DNA of 51,234 bases from Desulfosalsimonas sp. (GCA_041685965.1 JAWLEU010000001.1:1-51234), one strand, 5' to 3'. Shown: positions 25,119 to 35,399, counted from the first letter of the stretch. Notes: generated from the letters alone by a model not told the origin. Made by a program: numbers and translations.

Positions 25119-27770
25119 ATGACAGGAAACGAGCTTCGGAAAAAGTTTTTTGATTATTTCAGGCAAAAAGACCACCAGATCGTAAGAAGTTCATCGCTGG
25201 TGCCCCAGGATGATCCAACGCTGCTGTTTACAAACGCGGGCATGGTTCAGTTCAAGCGGGTTTTTTTAGGCGAGGAAAAGCGCAGCTACACCCGCGCGGC
25301 CACATCCCAGAAGTGCCTGCGCGCCGGGGGCAAGCACAACGACCTGGAAAACGTCGGATACACTGCCAGACATCATACGTTTTTCGAAATGCTCGGCAAC
25401 TTTTCCTTCGGGGATTATTTCAAGGAAAAGGCCATCGAATACGCATGGGAACTCCTGGTGGACGGTTACGGGCTGACGCCTGAAAAGCTCTGGGTTTCGA
25501 TTTATTTCGACGACGAGGAGGCCTTCGAGGTCTGGCGCAGCCGGATCGGGGTGCCTGAAGACCGCATAGTACGCCTGGGTGAAAAGGACAACTTCTGGTC
25601 CATGGGAGATACCGGTCCGTGCGGTCCCTGCTCGGAGGTTCACATAGACCGCGGCGAGGCAATGGGCTGCGGCAGGCCTGACTGCATGCCGGGATGTGAC
25701 TGTGAAAGGTTCCTTGAGATATGGAACCTGGTGTTCATGCAGTACAACCGGGATGAACAGGGCAACATGAACCCGCTTCCGAGTCCGAGCATAGACACGG
25801 GCATGGGGCTGGAGCGCATAGCCGCAATAGTCCAGGATGTTGAAACCAATTATGACACCGATCTTTTCACGCCTGTAATCCGCACCATCGAGTCTCTGTC
25901 CGGCTGCAAGACGGGCGAAGACGAGGCGTCAGATGTCGCCATCAAGGTTATCGCAGATCACAGCCGGGCTGCAGCATTTCTGATAGGAGACGGTGTTCTG
26001 CCGTCAAACGAGGGCAGGGGATACGTGCTGCGGCGCATACTGCGCCGGGCCATCCGCTACGGAAGGACAATTTCGCTCACTGATCCTTTTCTGCACAAAA
26101 CGGTGGAGCCTGTATTCGAGAGCATGAAAGAAGCATACCCGGAGCTTTCAGAAGAAAGGGCCTTTATTACCAGCGTGGTAAAAAACGAGGAGCAGCGCTT
26201 TCTCGAAACCCTGGATCACGGCCTGAAGCTGCTTTCTGAAACCATGGAGCAGATGGAAAAAGAGCAGTCAACCGTTGTGCCCGGAGATGTGATCTTCAAA
26301 CTCTACGACACCTTCGGGTTCCCCGTGGATATAGTGCGCGACGTGGCGCGCGACCGGGGCCTGGACCTTGACACGGACGGCTTTGAACGTGCAATGGAGC
26401 AAAGAAGACAGCAGTCTAGAAAGGTCTCTTCGTTTACCTCCATAAGCGAGGCATACAAGGAGTTTTCCGCAAGCACTGACAAGCTGCCGGAGTTTGTGGG
26501 CTACGGCCGCCTTGAGTGCGACTCGCAGTTGGTTTTTATCGTGGTGGACGGCAAGGCTGTTGATTCTGCTGAATCCGGGCAGACCGTGGAGGTCGTGGCA
26601 GAAAAAACACCGTTTTATGCAGCTTCCGGCGGGCAGGTCGGGGATACCGGCAGAATTTACGGCCGCGGCTTTGAAATAGAGGTTCAAGACACGTTCAAGG
26701 ATCCAACCGGCCTTATAATTCATGGCGGCAGGGTGACTTCCGGAACAGTGCACAAAAACGACAAGGCAACCCTTGAAGTTGACGGTGAAAAGCGCAGGGC
26801 CACTGCGCTTAACCACACGGCCACCCATATTCTTCACAGGTCCCTGCGCGAAACAGTGGGCGAGCACGTCAGGCAGGCGGGCTCCCACGTGGCCCCTGAC
26901 CGGCTGCGTTTTGACTTCACCCATTTCTCGCAGCTCGACACAGAGACAATCGAGGAAATAGAGCGCCTGGTCAATGCACGGATAAGGGAAAACATGGACG
27001 TTTCAGTGGATGAAATGGATGCCGAAGAGGCGTTTCAGACCGGGGCCGTGGCGCTTTTTGAGGAAAAGTACGGCGACCGGGTTCGCGTGATTTCCCTGGA
27101 TACTTTCAGCAAGGAGCTGTGCGGGGGCACCCATACAAAACGCACAGGAGACATCGGGGTGTTTAAAATTATCTCCGAGACAAGCGTTGCCTCGGGTGTG
27201 CGGCGCATAGAGGCGTTTACCGGGCAGGCGGCATTTGAGCATATCCAAAACATTAACAGGAGCTTAAATGAGGCAGCCCGGATGTTAAAGGACCGTCCTG
27301 AAGCCGTGCCCCAGCGGGTGGAATCACTTCTGGCGGGCCAGAAAAACCTGGAAAAAACCGTGGAGCAGCTGAAGTTAAAGCTTGCCTCCAGGTCGGCAGA
27401 CCAGATGACAGAGGAAGTAAAATCTGTTGACGGCGTAAAGGTACTGGCCAAAAAGGTGCAGGCAGAAAACCCGGGTGCGCTTCGGAGCCTGGCAGATCAG
27501 TTCAGGGAAAAAATAGGCTCCGGCGTGGTGGTGCTCGGGGCGGAGCATGATCAAAAGGCGCTTTTGATCTCTGTGGTCACCAAAGATCTCACAGACCGCC
27601 TGCATGCAGGAAACATAATAAAGCACGTGGCGGCAGAGGTCGGCGGAGGCGGCGGCGGCAGGCCTGACATGGCCCAGGCCGGCGGCTCGGATCCGGCAAA
27701 ACTCGACCATGCCCTGGAAAAGGTCTATGAGCTGGTTCGCGCCTCTGTTGAAAATTCTTCATCAAAGTAG
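25119..27770 (+). CDS. alaS: Alanine--tRNA ligase (ATG 25119; alternative GTG 25110)
   Basis: DPTLLFTNAGM, RHHTFFEMLGNFSFGDYFK, IDTGMGLER, editing motifs HTATH and CGGTH, GGGGGRPDMAQAGG. Confidence 0.99.
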   Translation: MTGNELRKKFFDYFRQKDHQIVRSSSLVPQDDPTLLFTNAGMVQFKRVFLGEEKRSYTRAATSQKCLRAGGKHNDLENVGYTARHHTFFEMLGNFSFGDYFKEKAIEYAWELLVDGYGLTPEKLWVSIYFDDEEAFEVWRSRIGVPEDRIVRLGEKDNFWSMGDTGPCGPCSEVHIDRGEAMGCGRPDCMPGCDCERFLEIWNLVFMQYNRDEQGNMNPLPSPSIDTGMGLERIAAIVQDVETNYDTDLFTPVIRTIESLSGCKTGEDEASDVAIKVIADHSRAAAFLIGDGVLPSNEGRGYVLRRILRRAIRYGRTISLTDPFLHKTVEPVFESMKEAYPELSEERAFITSVVKNEEQRFLETLDHGLKLLSETMEQMEKEQSTVVPGDVIFKLYDTFGFPVDIVRDVARDRGLDLDTDGFERAMEQRRQQSRKVSSFTSISEAYKEFSASTDKLPEFVGYGRLECDSQLVFIVVDGKAVDSAESGQTVEVVAEKTPFYAASGGQVGDTGRIYGRGFEIEVQDTFKDPTGLIIHGGRVTSGTVHKNDKATLEVDGEKRRATALNHTATHILHRSLRETVGEHVRQAGSHVAPDRLRFDFTHFSQLDTETIEEIERLVNARIRENMDVSVDEMDAEEAFQTGAVALFEEKYGDRVRVISLDTFSKELCGGTHTKRTGDIGVFKIISETSVASGVRRIEAFTGQAAFEHIQNINRSLNEAARMLKDRPEAVPQRVESLLAGQKNLEKTVEQLKLKLASRSADQMTEEVKSVDGVKVLAKKVQAENPGALRSLADQFREKIGSGVVVLGAEHDQKALLISVVTKDLTDRLHAGNIIKHVAAEVGGGGGGRPDMAQAGGSDPAKLDHALEKVYELVRASVENSSSK

Positions 27771-29536
27771 ACATCCGGTTTTTTCGGCGGCAGGGAAAAT
27801 TCGTGCCGGACAGCATCTCGTAAAAGATCGTCTGCGTCCCTGTCATACCACCAGTACCACAGGGCGCTCATTTCATCGCCGTATTTGGGCAGCACGGTGT
27901 CAGGCGTGCCGAACCTGTTCCAGTAAAGCAGCCGGCTGTAGTCTATGTTCCACAAAAGCACGTAAGGGTGCTGTTCAAACACGATTTCATCGATTCTGCG
28001 GAAGATCTCGTTTCGTTTCTCCACTGAAAACTCGGTTTTCTGTTTTTCTATCAGCCTGTCGACCTCCTCGTCTTCGAACCCTGTTATATTGGAGCCTCCT
28101 TCCCGGTTTGCCTCCTCTGAAGACCACATCCCTTCAGGATCCTTAAACATGGAAGCCCCCCAGGCAGCCCAGGTCATATCAAAATTAAACTCCTCCATGT
28201 CCCTTGACCATGCAGCCCAGTCCTTCTTGTCTATAGACAGCTTTATCCCCGCGTCCCTTAAGTCCTCCGCATATATGGTGACAAATTTCTCGGTGGATGC
28301 ATCCCTGCTCAGAAACTTGATTTTCAGTTCCCTGCCCTGTTTCTCCCTTATACCTGTTTCAGGGTTTACCTTCCACCCGGCCCTGTCAAGCAGCCTGCGC
28401 GCGGCTTCCTTGTCCATTTCAATCAAGGGGTTGGGGCAGGGGTTTTTTTCGGTGTAAAGGTCTTCAAAATAGGACCTGTGAAGAAAGTACTGGTTATACA
28501 TAAGAGTCTGATTCATTTCCCTGCGGTCGAGCAGAAGCGCCATTGCCTTGCGCACCCGCACGTCGTCAAACGGCTTGCGCCGCAGATTCATGGCAAACCC
28601 CTGGAAGCCGAGCGGCTTCTGGTTATGGACTTTCCTGCGGATTATGTGGTTTTTGAAAAACGAATCACCTGAGGCCTCCTTTACCCAGATCCGGGAGGTG
28701 TAGACCGGATACAGATCGATTTTGTCCTTTTTGAAAGCCTCGAACGCGTTTTCCCTTTCCGCGTAAAATCTGAATGTAACAGTGTCAAAATTGTATTTTC
28801 CGCGGTTTCGGACACGGTCCTTCTGCCACCAGCCGGTGCGCCTGTTCATCCGGATCAGGCGGCCTTCCTGGATCTCCCCGGGTTTGTAGGGGCCTGATAC
28901 AACAGGAAATGTGAAGTTGATCTTGTTGAAATCCCTGTCCTTGTATGCGTGTTCTGCCATCACGCTCATGCCCCCCAGGGCCAGCAGATTTTTCCAGTGC
29001 ACGGATTTTGCCGTAAACCTTATGGTGCGCCTGTCTATGACCTCGGGCTCTTTGAACCGCTCCAGGCTGACCTTGTGAGAGCCCGTCATGTGGGAGGGAT
29101 CCATGACTGCCTCATATGTCCATGCCACGTCAGAGGCGGTTATCGGCTTACCGTCGCTCCAGCGGGCATCAGGGTCTATATGGAAGGTAAAAGTCTTTTT
29201 ATCGTCTGAAATGCTCCATTCTTCAGCGATTCCGGGCCTGTAGTCCAGGGTGACCGGGTCAATCGAAAGAAGGCTTTCAAACATGATCCCGAAGATTTCA
29301 GAAGACAGGGTGTTGCTGTCTAAAAAATAGTTCATGCTCTTGGGGTACTGGCCTGCAAACACGGATATTTCCCCGCCTTTTTCCGCATCCGAAGATGCCA
29401 TGGGATCGGGCCTGTCCTGCCATGAATCTTCAGGGTACCGCTGCTCCGCATATATCCTCCCTGCACCCGCGGCGAGCATGAGAGCTGCGGCAAGGACTGC
29501 AAGCGCGGTCACATAACGTCTGCAAGGCTTTGGCAT
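27725..29536 (-). CDS. ABC transporter extracellular solute-binding protein, family 5 (YejA/OppA-like)
   Basis: Signal peptide; AEKGG, ARWSDGKPITASDV, SGPYK, FDDVRVRKA. Confidence 0.9.
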   Translation of the reverse strand: MPKPCRRYVTALAVLAAALMLAAGAGRIYAEQRYPEDSWQDRPDPMASSDAEKGGEISVFAGQYPKSMNYFLDSNTLSSEIFGIMFESLLSIDPVTLDYRPGIAEEWSISDDKKTFTFHIDPDARWSDGKPITASDVAWTYEAVMDPSHMTGSHKVSLERFKEPEVIDRRTIRFTAKSVHWKNLLALGGMSVMAEHAYKDRDFNKINFTFPVVSGPYKPGEIQEGRLIRMNRRTGWWQKDRVRNRGKYNFDTVTFRFYAERENAFEAFKKDKIDLYPVYTSRIWVKEASGDSFFKNHIIRRKVHNQKPLGFQGFAMNLRRKPFDDVRVRKAMALLLDRREMNQTLMYNQYFLHRSYFEDLYTEKNPCPNPLIEMDKEAARRLLDRAGWKVNPETGIREKQGRELKIKFLSRDASTEKFVTIYAEDLRDAGIKLSIDKKDWAAWSRDMEEFNFDMTWAAWGASMFKDPEGMWSSEEANREGGSNITGFEDEEVDRLIEKQKTEFSVEKRNEIFRRIDEIVFEQHPYVLLWNIDYSRLLYWNRFGTPDTVLPKYGDEMSALWYWWYDRDADDLLRDAVRHEFSLPPKKPDVYFDEEFSTEARTSS

Positions 29537-29539
29537 GGA

Positions 29540-30373
29540 TCAGGCCCCTTTGAGCACGTCGATCATGGAATAGACCCTGCCGCGCTCTTTTGCGCCGATT
29601 TTGCCTGCAAGGAAATTTACTGCGTCAAACGTGCCCTGGGCGTAAATCTCCCTTCCGTTTACATTGTGGGTGAATCTGAATGTAACTGTCCTGTCGGCAG
29701 ACACCAGGGTATAGGTGTGCCAGCCGTGGCCCCGGAGGTACTGTTCAGGCACTCCCAGGCGGTTTTTCTGCTGCTCCGGGTCTCTTATTTTTATTATGTC
29801 TTCCCGGGCAAAATCCACACCCAGCCTGTTGAAGTATTCAACCATTGCCTTTGCAGTACCGCTGGTATCAGCCTTTGTCTGCTGGTGGCTTTCTTCTATG
29901 GTAAGTTCGTATCCTGCAAAAAGATCAGGGAAGTTTTCCGCCGCGTATTCCATCATTGCCTGGAAACCCACTATCTGTTTTGCCATGTTGGGCGCAATAA
30001 CCGCACAGGTATCAGAGTTTTCAATGGTTTGATAAAGCAGGTCCCGGTCTCCTCCTGTGGTGCCCATTACAAACGGGATGCTGTTTTTGCAGTAAAATTC
30101 GGCGTTTTCATTAACCGCGCCCGGGTGGGTGAAATCCACTGCCACAAAGCCTCCTTCTTCCTGCAAAATGGAGTCTATGGCCTCCTGTCTTTGCTGCGGC
30201 TGTATCAGGCGAAACGATACCCCTTTTGCTGTGTGTTGTTTTTCCGGGATTTCAGGGCCGGTAAGGGACTGCGGTATCACCCTGAAGCGTCCGTCTTTTA
30301 TCGCCCTGTCTGCCAGCACTGAAGCCACGTTTCCCGGCAGGCCGTTTATCATTATTTTTACCGGTTCCATCAC
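29540..30373 (-). CDS. dapB: 4-hydroxy-tetrahydrodipicolinate reductase, plant-like type
   Basis: VDFTHP, PFVMGTTGGD, APNMAKQIV, ESHQQTKADTSGTAK, GHGWHTY, FTHNVNGREIYA.GT. Confidence 0.93.
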   Translation of the reverse strand: MMEPVKIMINGLPGNVASVLADRAIKDGRFRVIPQSLTGPEIPEKQHTAKGVSFRLIQPQQRQEAIDSILQEEGGFVAVDFTHPGAVNENAEFYCKNSIPFVMGTTGGDRDLLYQTIENSDTCAVIAPNMAKQIVGFQAMMEYAAENFPDLFAGYELTIEESHQQTKADTSGTAKAMVEYFNRLGVDFAREDIIKIRDPEQQKNRLGVPEQYLRGHGWHTYTLVSADRTVTFRFTHNVNGREIYAQGTFDAVNFLAGKIGAKERGRVYSMIDVLKGA

Positions 30374-30433
30374 GGGTCCTCCTTTTAAGAAATGATTGTC
30401 TGCTTTGAAATTTCGAATAAAACGGGTCGAAAG

Positions 30434-32146
30434 TCAAGACCGGAGGAGCTTTTCCGCCCTTGAGACAGTGTCTGCAAGGCACGGAAACGAGGGGTCTTCT
30501 GTCCGGGCAAGCAGGGCCGAGAGGTTTTTTAAGGCAGGCTTCATGTATCCTGCAAATTGCGGTTTATGTCTGGCCCCTGTCAGATGGCCGAAGGCCCCGA
30601 GCGCCTGGAGGTTCCTGGCTATGGCGCAGTAATGATAGCCCCTGTAAAACACAGTTTTGTCGATTCCGCCGGTTCGGTCCTCAAGCCGGTCTGCGGCATA
30701 TTCGAGAAGGCGCCGGCGCATCGCCGGTTCAAGGTCAACGTAAGCATCTGTTATCAGAGAGGCAAGATCATACTGGACCGGACCGCGGCGGGCTCCCTGG
30801 AAGTCTATGAAAAAACAGCCCCGGTCGTTTACCATTATATTTCTTGACTGAAGGTCCCTGTGCATGAACCCTTGTGTGCCGCAGGCCTCTATGACATCTG
30901 CAAGGCGCTCGAATTCCCGGTACAAAAGGTTGTTGTCAAAGTCTTTCATAGCCAGGAATCTGTCTATAAATGCTTTTGCAAAATACATCCCTTCTTTTTC
31001 GACAATCGTATCCCTGCCGTATGCAGGCTCCTGATAGCACCATGCGGGATCAAATCCCCGGGCTGCCTTAATACTCATGTCCAGTGCGCGATCGATTGCC
31101 TGCCTGTAAAGTGTTTCTGCAGCCTCCGGGTCAGCCGTTTTAAGCACTGCGGACTGAAGACTTATATCCCCCAGGTCTTCTATGAATACGAGCCCAGAAA
31201 ACCTGTCATGCAGATGGATCTCGGGGACTGATATGCCCTGTTTGTGCAGGTGGGAGCCTATTGAGACAAAGGAGTCGAACTCCGAGATCTCCCGGTCTGA
31301 CTGGATTCCGTGGTCAGCCATGACAAGGCTTTTTCCGCCGGCCTTGAGCCTGAACCATCTCCGGTCTGATCCGTCCCCTGCAAGCTGCTGCCATGACAAT
31401 TTGGAACCGGGCCTGGTTTTAAAGGCTTTTTCAAATGCAGCCGGAGAGAGGGTGCCTGCAACAGCCCTGCAGTAACGCTCGGGTGTTCCTATGTCATGCC
31501 AGTAATGCCCGAAAGACTTCCATGCCATAACCATAAGGCCTCCGCCGATCATGGAGCGGTAAACGTCAATGCTGTCCGCATGCGGACATTTAGGAATATA
31601 TTTGTAGATAACAGGATCGATAACCTGGATTCCTGTAAATGCCAGGCAGCATTCATCTTTTTCAGGATGGCCGGAAAAATCCTTTATCAGGCCGTTTTTG
31701 TCAATTCTTACCTTGTTGAACTCCGGGCAGTCATGAACCACCAGGGTAGCTGCAGGTGCGTTTTCCCTGTGCCGGTCCACAACGCCTTTGATGTCTATAT
31801 CCGTGAGTATGTCGCTGTTCATGACAACAAAGGGGTCGCGGTTTCCCAGAAAATCGGAAAAATTGGCAATTGCGCCGGCTGTGCCCAGCATTTCGGGTTC
31901 GTATCTCGTCACCACGGGCACGGGGTAGCTTTGAGAGCTGATAAATGACTCCACCTGTTGGTGCAGATGATGAGTGTTGACTGCTATGGCGGAGATTCCC
32001 TGCTCTATGAGCCTCCAAATAATAATATCTATAACAGGCCTGCCTGCAACAGGGAAAAGGGGTTTGGGCAGCTTACGGGTATGGGGCAGCAGCCGTGTGC
32101 CGCGGCCCGCGGAGAGTAAAAGTGCTTTGACCCCTTGATTGTGCAT
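30434..32146 (-). CDS. Fusion of NTP-transferase (MurU-like) and APH-fold sugar kinase (AmgK-like)
   Basis: N-terminal LSAGRGTRLLPHT..LPKPL and WHDIGTPE; C-terminal LAGDGSDRRWFR, EDLGD, HRDLQSRNIM, IDFQGARRGP.QYDLASL, RNLQALGAFG. Confidence 0.88.
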   Translation of the reverse strand: MHNQGVKALLLSAGRGTRLLPHTRKLPKPLFPVAGRPVIDIIIWRLIEQGISAIAVNTHHLHQQVESFISSQSYPVPVVTRYEPEMLGTAGAIANFSDFLGNRDPFVVMNSDILTDIDIKGVVDRHRENAPAATLVVHDCPEFNKVRIDKNGLIKDFSGHPEKDECCLAFTGIQVIDPVIYKYIPKCPHADSIDVYRSMIGGGLMVMAWKSFGHYWHDIGTPERYCRAVAGTLSPAAFEKAFKTRPGSKLSWQQLAGDGSDRRWFRLKAGGKSLVMADHGIQSDREISEFDSFVSIGSHLHKQGISVPEIHLHDRFSGLVFIEDLGDISLQSAVLKTADPEAAETLYRQAIDRALDMSIKAARGFDPAWCYQEPAYGRDTIVEKEGMYFAKAFIDRFLAMKDFDNNLLYREFERLADVIEACGTQGFMHRDLQSRNIMVNDRGCFFIDFQGARRGPVQYDLASLITDAYVDLEPAMRRRLLEYAADRLEDRTGGIDKTVFYRGYHYCAIARNLQALGAFGHLTGARHKPQFAGYMKPALKNLSALLARTEDPSFPCLADTVSRAEKLLRS

Positions 32147-32161
32147 ACTTAAAAAATGCTC

Positions 32162-34804
32162 TTAGTTAGGCAGAAAGCGGCGGTAGAACTGCACATTTTC
32201 AATATTTGCGTCAAGTACATCCCTGCCTTTTTCCGGACCTGTTAATCCCTGTTCCGCAAAGCGCTCAACCGCGTTTTTGTAGTTCATTTTTGACAGGGCC
32301 TCCTTGCGCAGGATTTCGTTTCTCTTGTACATGCGGTTTCCGAATGCCTGGATTTTTTTGGTGTAGTCCTTTATGTCGTAGATGGATTTACGCGTGTAGC
32401 GAGTGTAGAAATTCAGCACCACCCAGTAGGATTCAAAATAAGGAGTCAGAAACCCTGCAAACAGATTGAGCTTTCTGAATCCGGCGGAGGTAAGGTTATA
32501 GGTGTCGTAAAGCGTGGGGTGCGGGGCAAGGATGGCCTCGTTTATAAAGGTGTTGAGATTTTCACGGACCACGGCTTCGTCAGGGGCTTCAGGATCAAAT
32601 ATGAATTCCTTGGAGAATAAGTCCTTTAAAAAACTGTAGTGGGGATAAAGGCTGTCTTCCTGGAACTGGAAGGAATCAAGGGCCAGGATTGAAAGTGCGG
32701 TATAAGCCGCAGGCGCAAAGAAAATCACGCAGTTGTTTTTGTAGTATTCAAGATTCGGACGCCTGTTTTCATGTATCTTGTATATGGGGTTGGCCGGCGG
32801 CCCTTCAGGAGAGCCAGTGGCAGTAGTCTTTTCGAGTATCTTGTTTGATACGAACGTTTCGAGTACTGAATTAAAGGCGTTCTGCCGGTCAACGTAAAGT
32901 GTGTCAGCCAGCTTGACATCTTTTGTAAGCAGATAGTTCATATAGGTTTCAGCATTGGCTGTCAGCTGTTTGTAATAAATGCGTTTCTGCGAACAATTCA
33001 GTATGGCCGCTGCAATCACTGCATGCGGGGTTACCACTGATATGTCGTTTATGGCGCTGATCATCTTTTCGCCGAAAGCATAAAGCTGCTTTTTCTGCTC
33101 CTGTCTGTCTTCTGCAGCGTAATCGCTTTGCTGTCTGCCGAAATACTCATTCATGGAAAACGGCTCGTGGAAGTTTATGTATATTTTGCCGTATCTTTTC
33201 TTTAAAAACTTTCTGGCCTTTAAAACATTGCCGAAGGTCTCGGGTTTTTTCTTGCCCCCTTCCATTTCATGAACGTATGCCTTTTCCTCCAGAACCCGGT
33301 CATAGCCGATATATATGGGCACAAACTGGATGTCTTCCCAGTCGGTCTGCAGGTAGGCGTCCACCACCAGGGAAAGAACTCCCACCTTGGGTGCCAGCAG
33401 CTTGCCTGTACGGCTTCTTCCCCCTTCAGGGAAAAATTCCACGTGAAAGCCTTCTTCGAGAATCTTGTGCAGATAGGCTGCAAACACCTTGGGATAAAGC
33501 GGGTCGCCCTTGAATGTACGCCTTATGAAAAAAGCGCCCCCGCCGCGGAAAAGAGGGCCGATCGGCCAGAAGGAAAGGTTTTTGCCTGCAGCGATGTGAG
33601 GGCAGGGCAGGTTGTTGTGGAAAAACACAAAGGATATTATAAGGTAGTCAAGGTGGCTTTTGTGACACGGCACCAAAACAAGCGGGCCTTTTTTTGAAGC
33701 CTGTCTGATGCGGTTTAACCCTTCGTAGTCCACCACCATTCCGTCGAACATGGCCCGAATTATCCAGCGCAGCGAGATGTCGAAAAGTCTTATTATACGA
33801 AGGTTGTAATTGGAGGCGATTTCGTCGAGCAGTTTGGCGGCCTCCTTTTGGGCCCGATGGTTGGAAAGATCGTGTTCATTTGCATACTCTGTTATGTGTT
33901 TCTGCATCTGAGGGCTCGTAAGGATTTCTTCCATTATTTCCAGGCGGGATTTCAGGATCGGTCCTGTAATAGAGTTTCGGTGGCGGTTGATCTGGTCGAC
34001 AAGGTAGCGGCGCAGATAAATTGCCTGGTTTTTCATGGAAAGCTCTGCCACCTCGGGCCTTTCTGCAAAATCCTTTATGCAGACAGGTTCCGAGGCCTCT
34101 ATAAATACCCTTCCCGGACGCACTATCATCATGAACAGCCTGCGCAGCCTTCCGGGTTTTTCGCGGGTTCCGAAGATTATGTCTGTCAAGGAAAGCCTGG
34201 CGGTCTGGGGCGCCCTGTCATAGAGTATAAGCTGCGGGATGAGGTAGATGGGCTGATCCACTGTTTCCTGCATCTCTATAAGGTGCTCAAGGGGGTCTGT
34301 CCTGGATTCCACCTGCCTGTGGTAAAATCCTTTTTCCTCGATCAGCGAGACCATGGCGCTGTGGCCTTCGATTAGCTTGCTGCGGTAGTAGTTGCTTTCA
34401 TATGGGTCAGGCAGCCTGAAATGCCTTAAAAAGTGGCTCATGTAAAAAACAGCGGCGTGATAAATCCGTTTTGCCGGCTGCCAGAAAATCGTCCGGTAAT
34501 CAAACCCCAGGGCGGGATAAGGCAGTCCCTCCCTTTGGAACCTGTTATGGCAGAAAAAATATTCAAACTGGCTCCGGTATTTGTTTACAAATACAATAAT
34601 TGAGTTTTCCGGGAGTTCTTTCAGAGTACGCTGGTATTCGGGCTCAACTCTGGGCCGCTTGAACAGAAGAATCTGTATGAGTTTTGCAAAGATACCAGTG
34701 TGGGGCGGAAGATAGCATAAAAATGGCCTGTCATCGCCTCCGCGCAATCCTTCCTTATTTTTTTTAAACCTGTTTTTTCTGGTAAAGCCGCTTTTGAGTG
34801 GCAT
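32162..34804 (-). CDS. plsB: Glycerol-3-phosphate O-acyltransferase
   Basis: PCHKSHLDY (HxxxxD), IAAGKNL, GAFFIRR, EFFPEGGRSRTGKLL; 880 aa. Confidence 0.9.
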   Translation of the reverse strand: MPLKSGFTRKNRFKKNKEGLRGGDDRPFLCYLPPHTGIFAKLIQILLFKRPRVEPEYQRTLKELPENSIIVFVNKYRSQFEYFFCHNRFQREGLPYPALGFDYRTIFWQPAKRIYHAAVFYMSHFLRHFRLPDPYESNYYRSKLIEGHSAMVSLIEEKGFYHRQVESRTDPLEHLIEMQETVDQPIYLIPQLILYDRAPQTARLSLTDIIFGTREKPGRLRRLFMMIVRPGRVFIEASEPVCIKDFAERPEVAELSMKNQAIYLRRYLVDQINRHRNSITGPILKSRLEIMEEILTSPQMQKHITEYANEHDLSNHRAQKEAAKLLDEIASNYNLRIIRLFDISLRWIIRAMFDGMVVDYEGLNRIRQASKKGPLVLVPCHKSHLDYLIISFVFFHNNLPCPHIAAGKNLSFWPIGPLFRGGGAFFIRRTFKGDPLYPKVFAAYLHKILEEGFHVEFFPEGGRSRTGKLLAPKVGVLSLVVDAYLQTDWEDIQFVPIYIGYDRVLEEKAYVHEMEGGKKKPETFGNVLKARKFLKKRYGKIYINFHEPFSMNEYFGRQQSDYAAEDRQEQKKQLYAFGEKMISAINDISVVTPHAVIAAAILNCSQKRIYYKQLTANAETYMNYLLTKDVKLADTLYVDRQNAFNSVLETFVSNKILEKTTATGSPEGPPANPIYKIHENRRPNLEYYKNNCVIFFAPAAYTALSILALDSFQFQEDSLYPHYSFLKDLFSKEFIFDPEAPDEAVVRENLNTFINEAILAPHPTLYDTYNLTSAGFRKLNLFAGFLTPYFESYWVVLNFYTRYTRKSIYDIKDYTKKIQAFGNRMYKRNEILRKEALSKMNYKNAVERFAEQGLTGPEKGRDVLDANIENVQFYRRFLPN

Positions 34805-35074
34805 GATTTTAAACCCGTTTTATCTTTTTATGAAAAAACCCGGATTGACTTGCCGGGGGGGAGTGAATCAATTACCAACATTTTTTGAAAATCCATAACA
34901 GGTTGCAGTCAGGTTTTCAAGCGCTAAACCTGAAGGGGTCGGCGGTGTTTTTGCTTGCTTTGCAGGATTGTCTGTGGTAGATGAAAGCTGTTTCCTGGCA
35001 ATATCCTGCCAAACTCGGTAGAATCAATATTGGAATGCGGTCATGAATATCTAAACAAAGGAGGAAGTAGGGTT

Positions 35075-35368
35075 ATGAAGACTTTAATTGGCGGCGCAGT
35101 CGCGGCCGTAGTCGGTGTTATCGGTCTGGCAATCTGGTTTGACGCCTTTCTGCAGCTTCTTGCAGGTGCTATACCGGTGATGCTGCTCCTGGGCGGCTGC
35201 CTTGCACTCTACCTGGGATTTGACGAACTCAAGGATACCTGGCAGAAGGATACCGGGGTGGAGCCGGGCGCTGCGTCTTCTTCGGCATCTGAAAGCGAGG
35301 CTGAAAAGTACCGCAGGGAAAATGAAGAACTGAAAAAGGAACTCGAAGAGCTGAAGGCTGAAAAATAG
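35075..35368 (+). CDS. Small two-TM membrane protein with C-terminal coiled coil (MamI-like pattern); 97 aa from ATG 35075
   Basis: AAGGAGG RBS upstream of the ATG; two hydrophobic helices, then a charged coil ENEELKKELEELK; followed by a terminator. Confidence 0.8.
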   Translation: MKTLIGGAVAAVVGVIGLAIWFDAFLQLLAGAIPVMLLLGGCLALYLGFDELKDTWQKDTGVEPGAASSSASESEAEKYRRENEELKKELEELKAEK

Positions 35369-35399
35369 TCTTTTTCAGACGCAGTAAAAAGCGCTGTTT

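Noticed and set aside
27725-27770. 46-nt convergent overlap between alaS and the SBP gene
   Set aside because: It involves only non-conserved C-terminal tails, which is common for convergent genes.
34996-35009. Sigma54-like TGGCA...TGC upstream of the MamI-like gene
   Set aside because: GG-to-GC spacing is 9 nt rather than the required 10.
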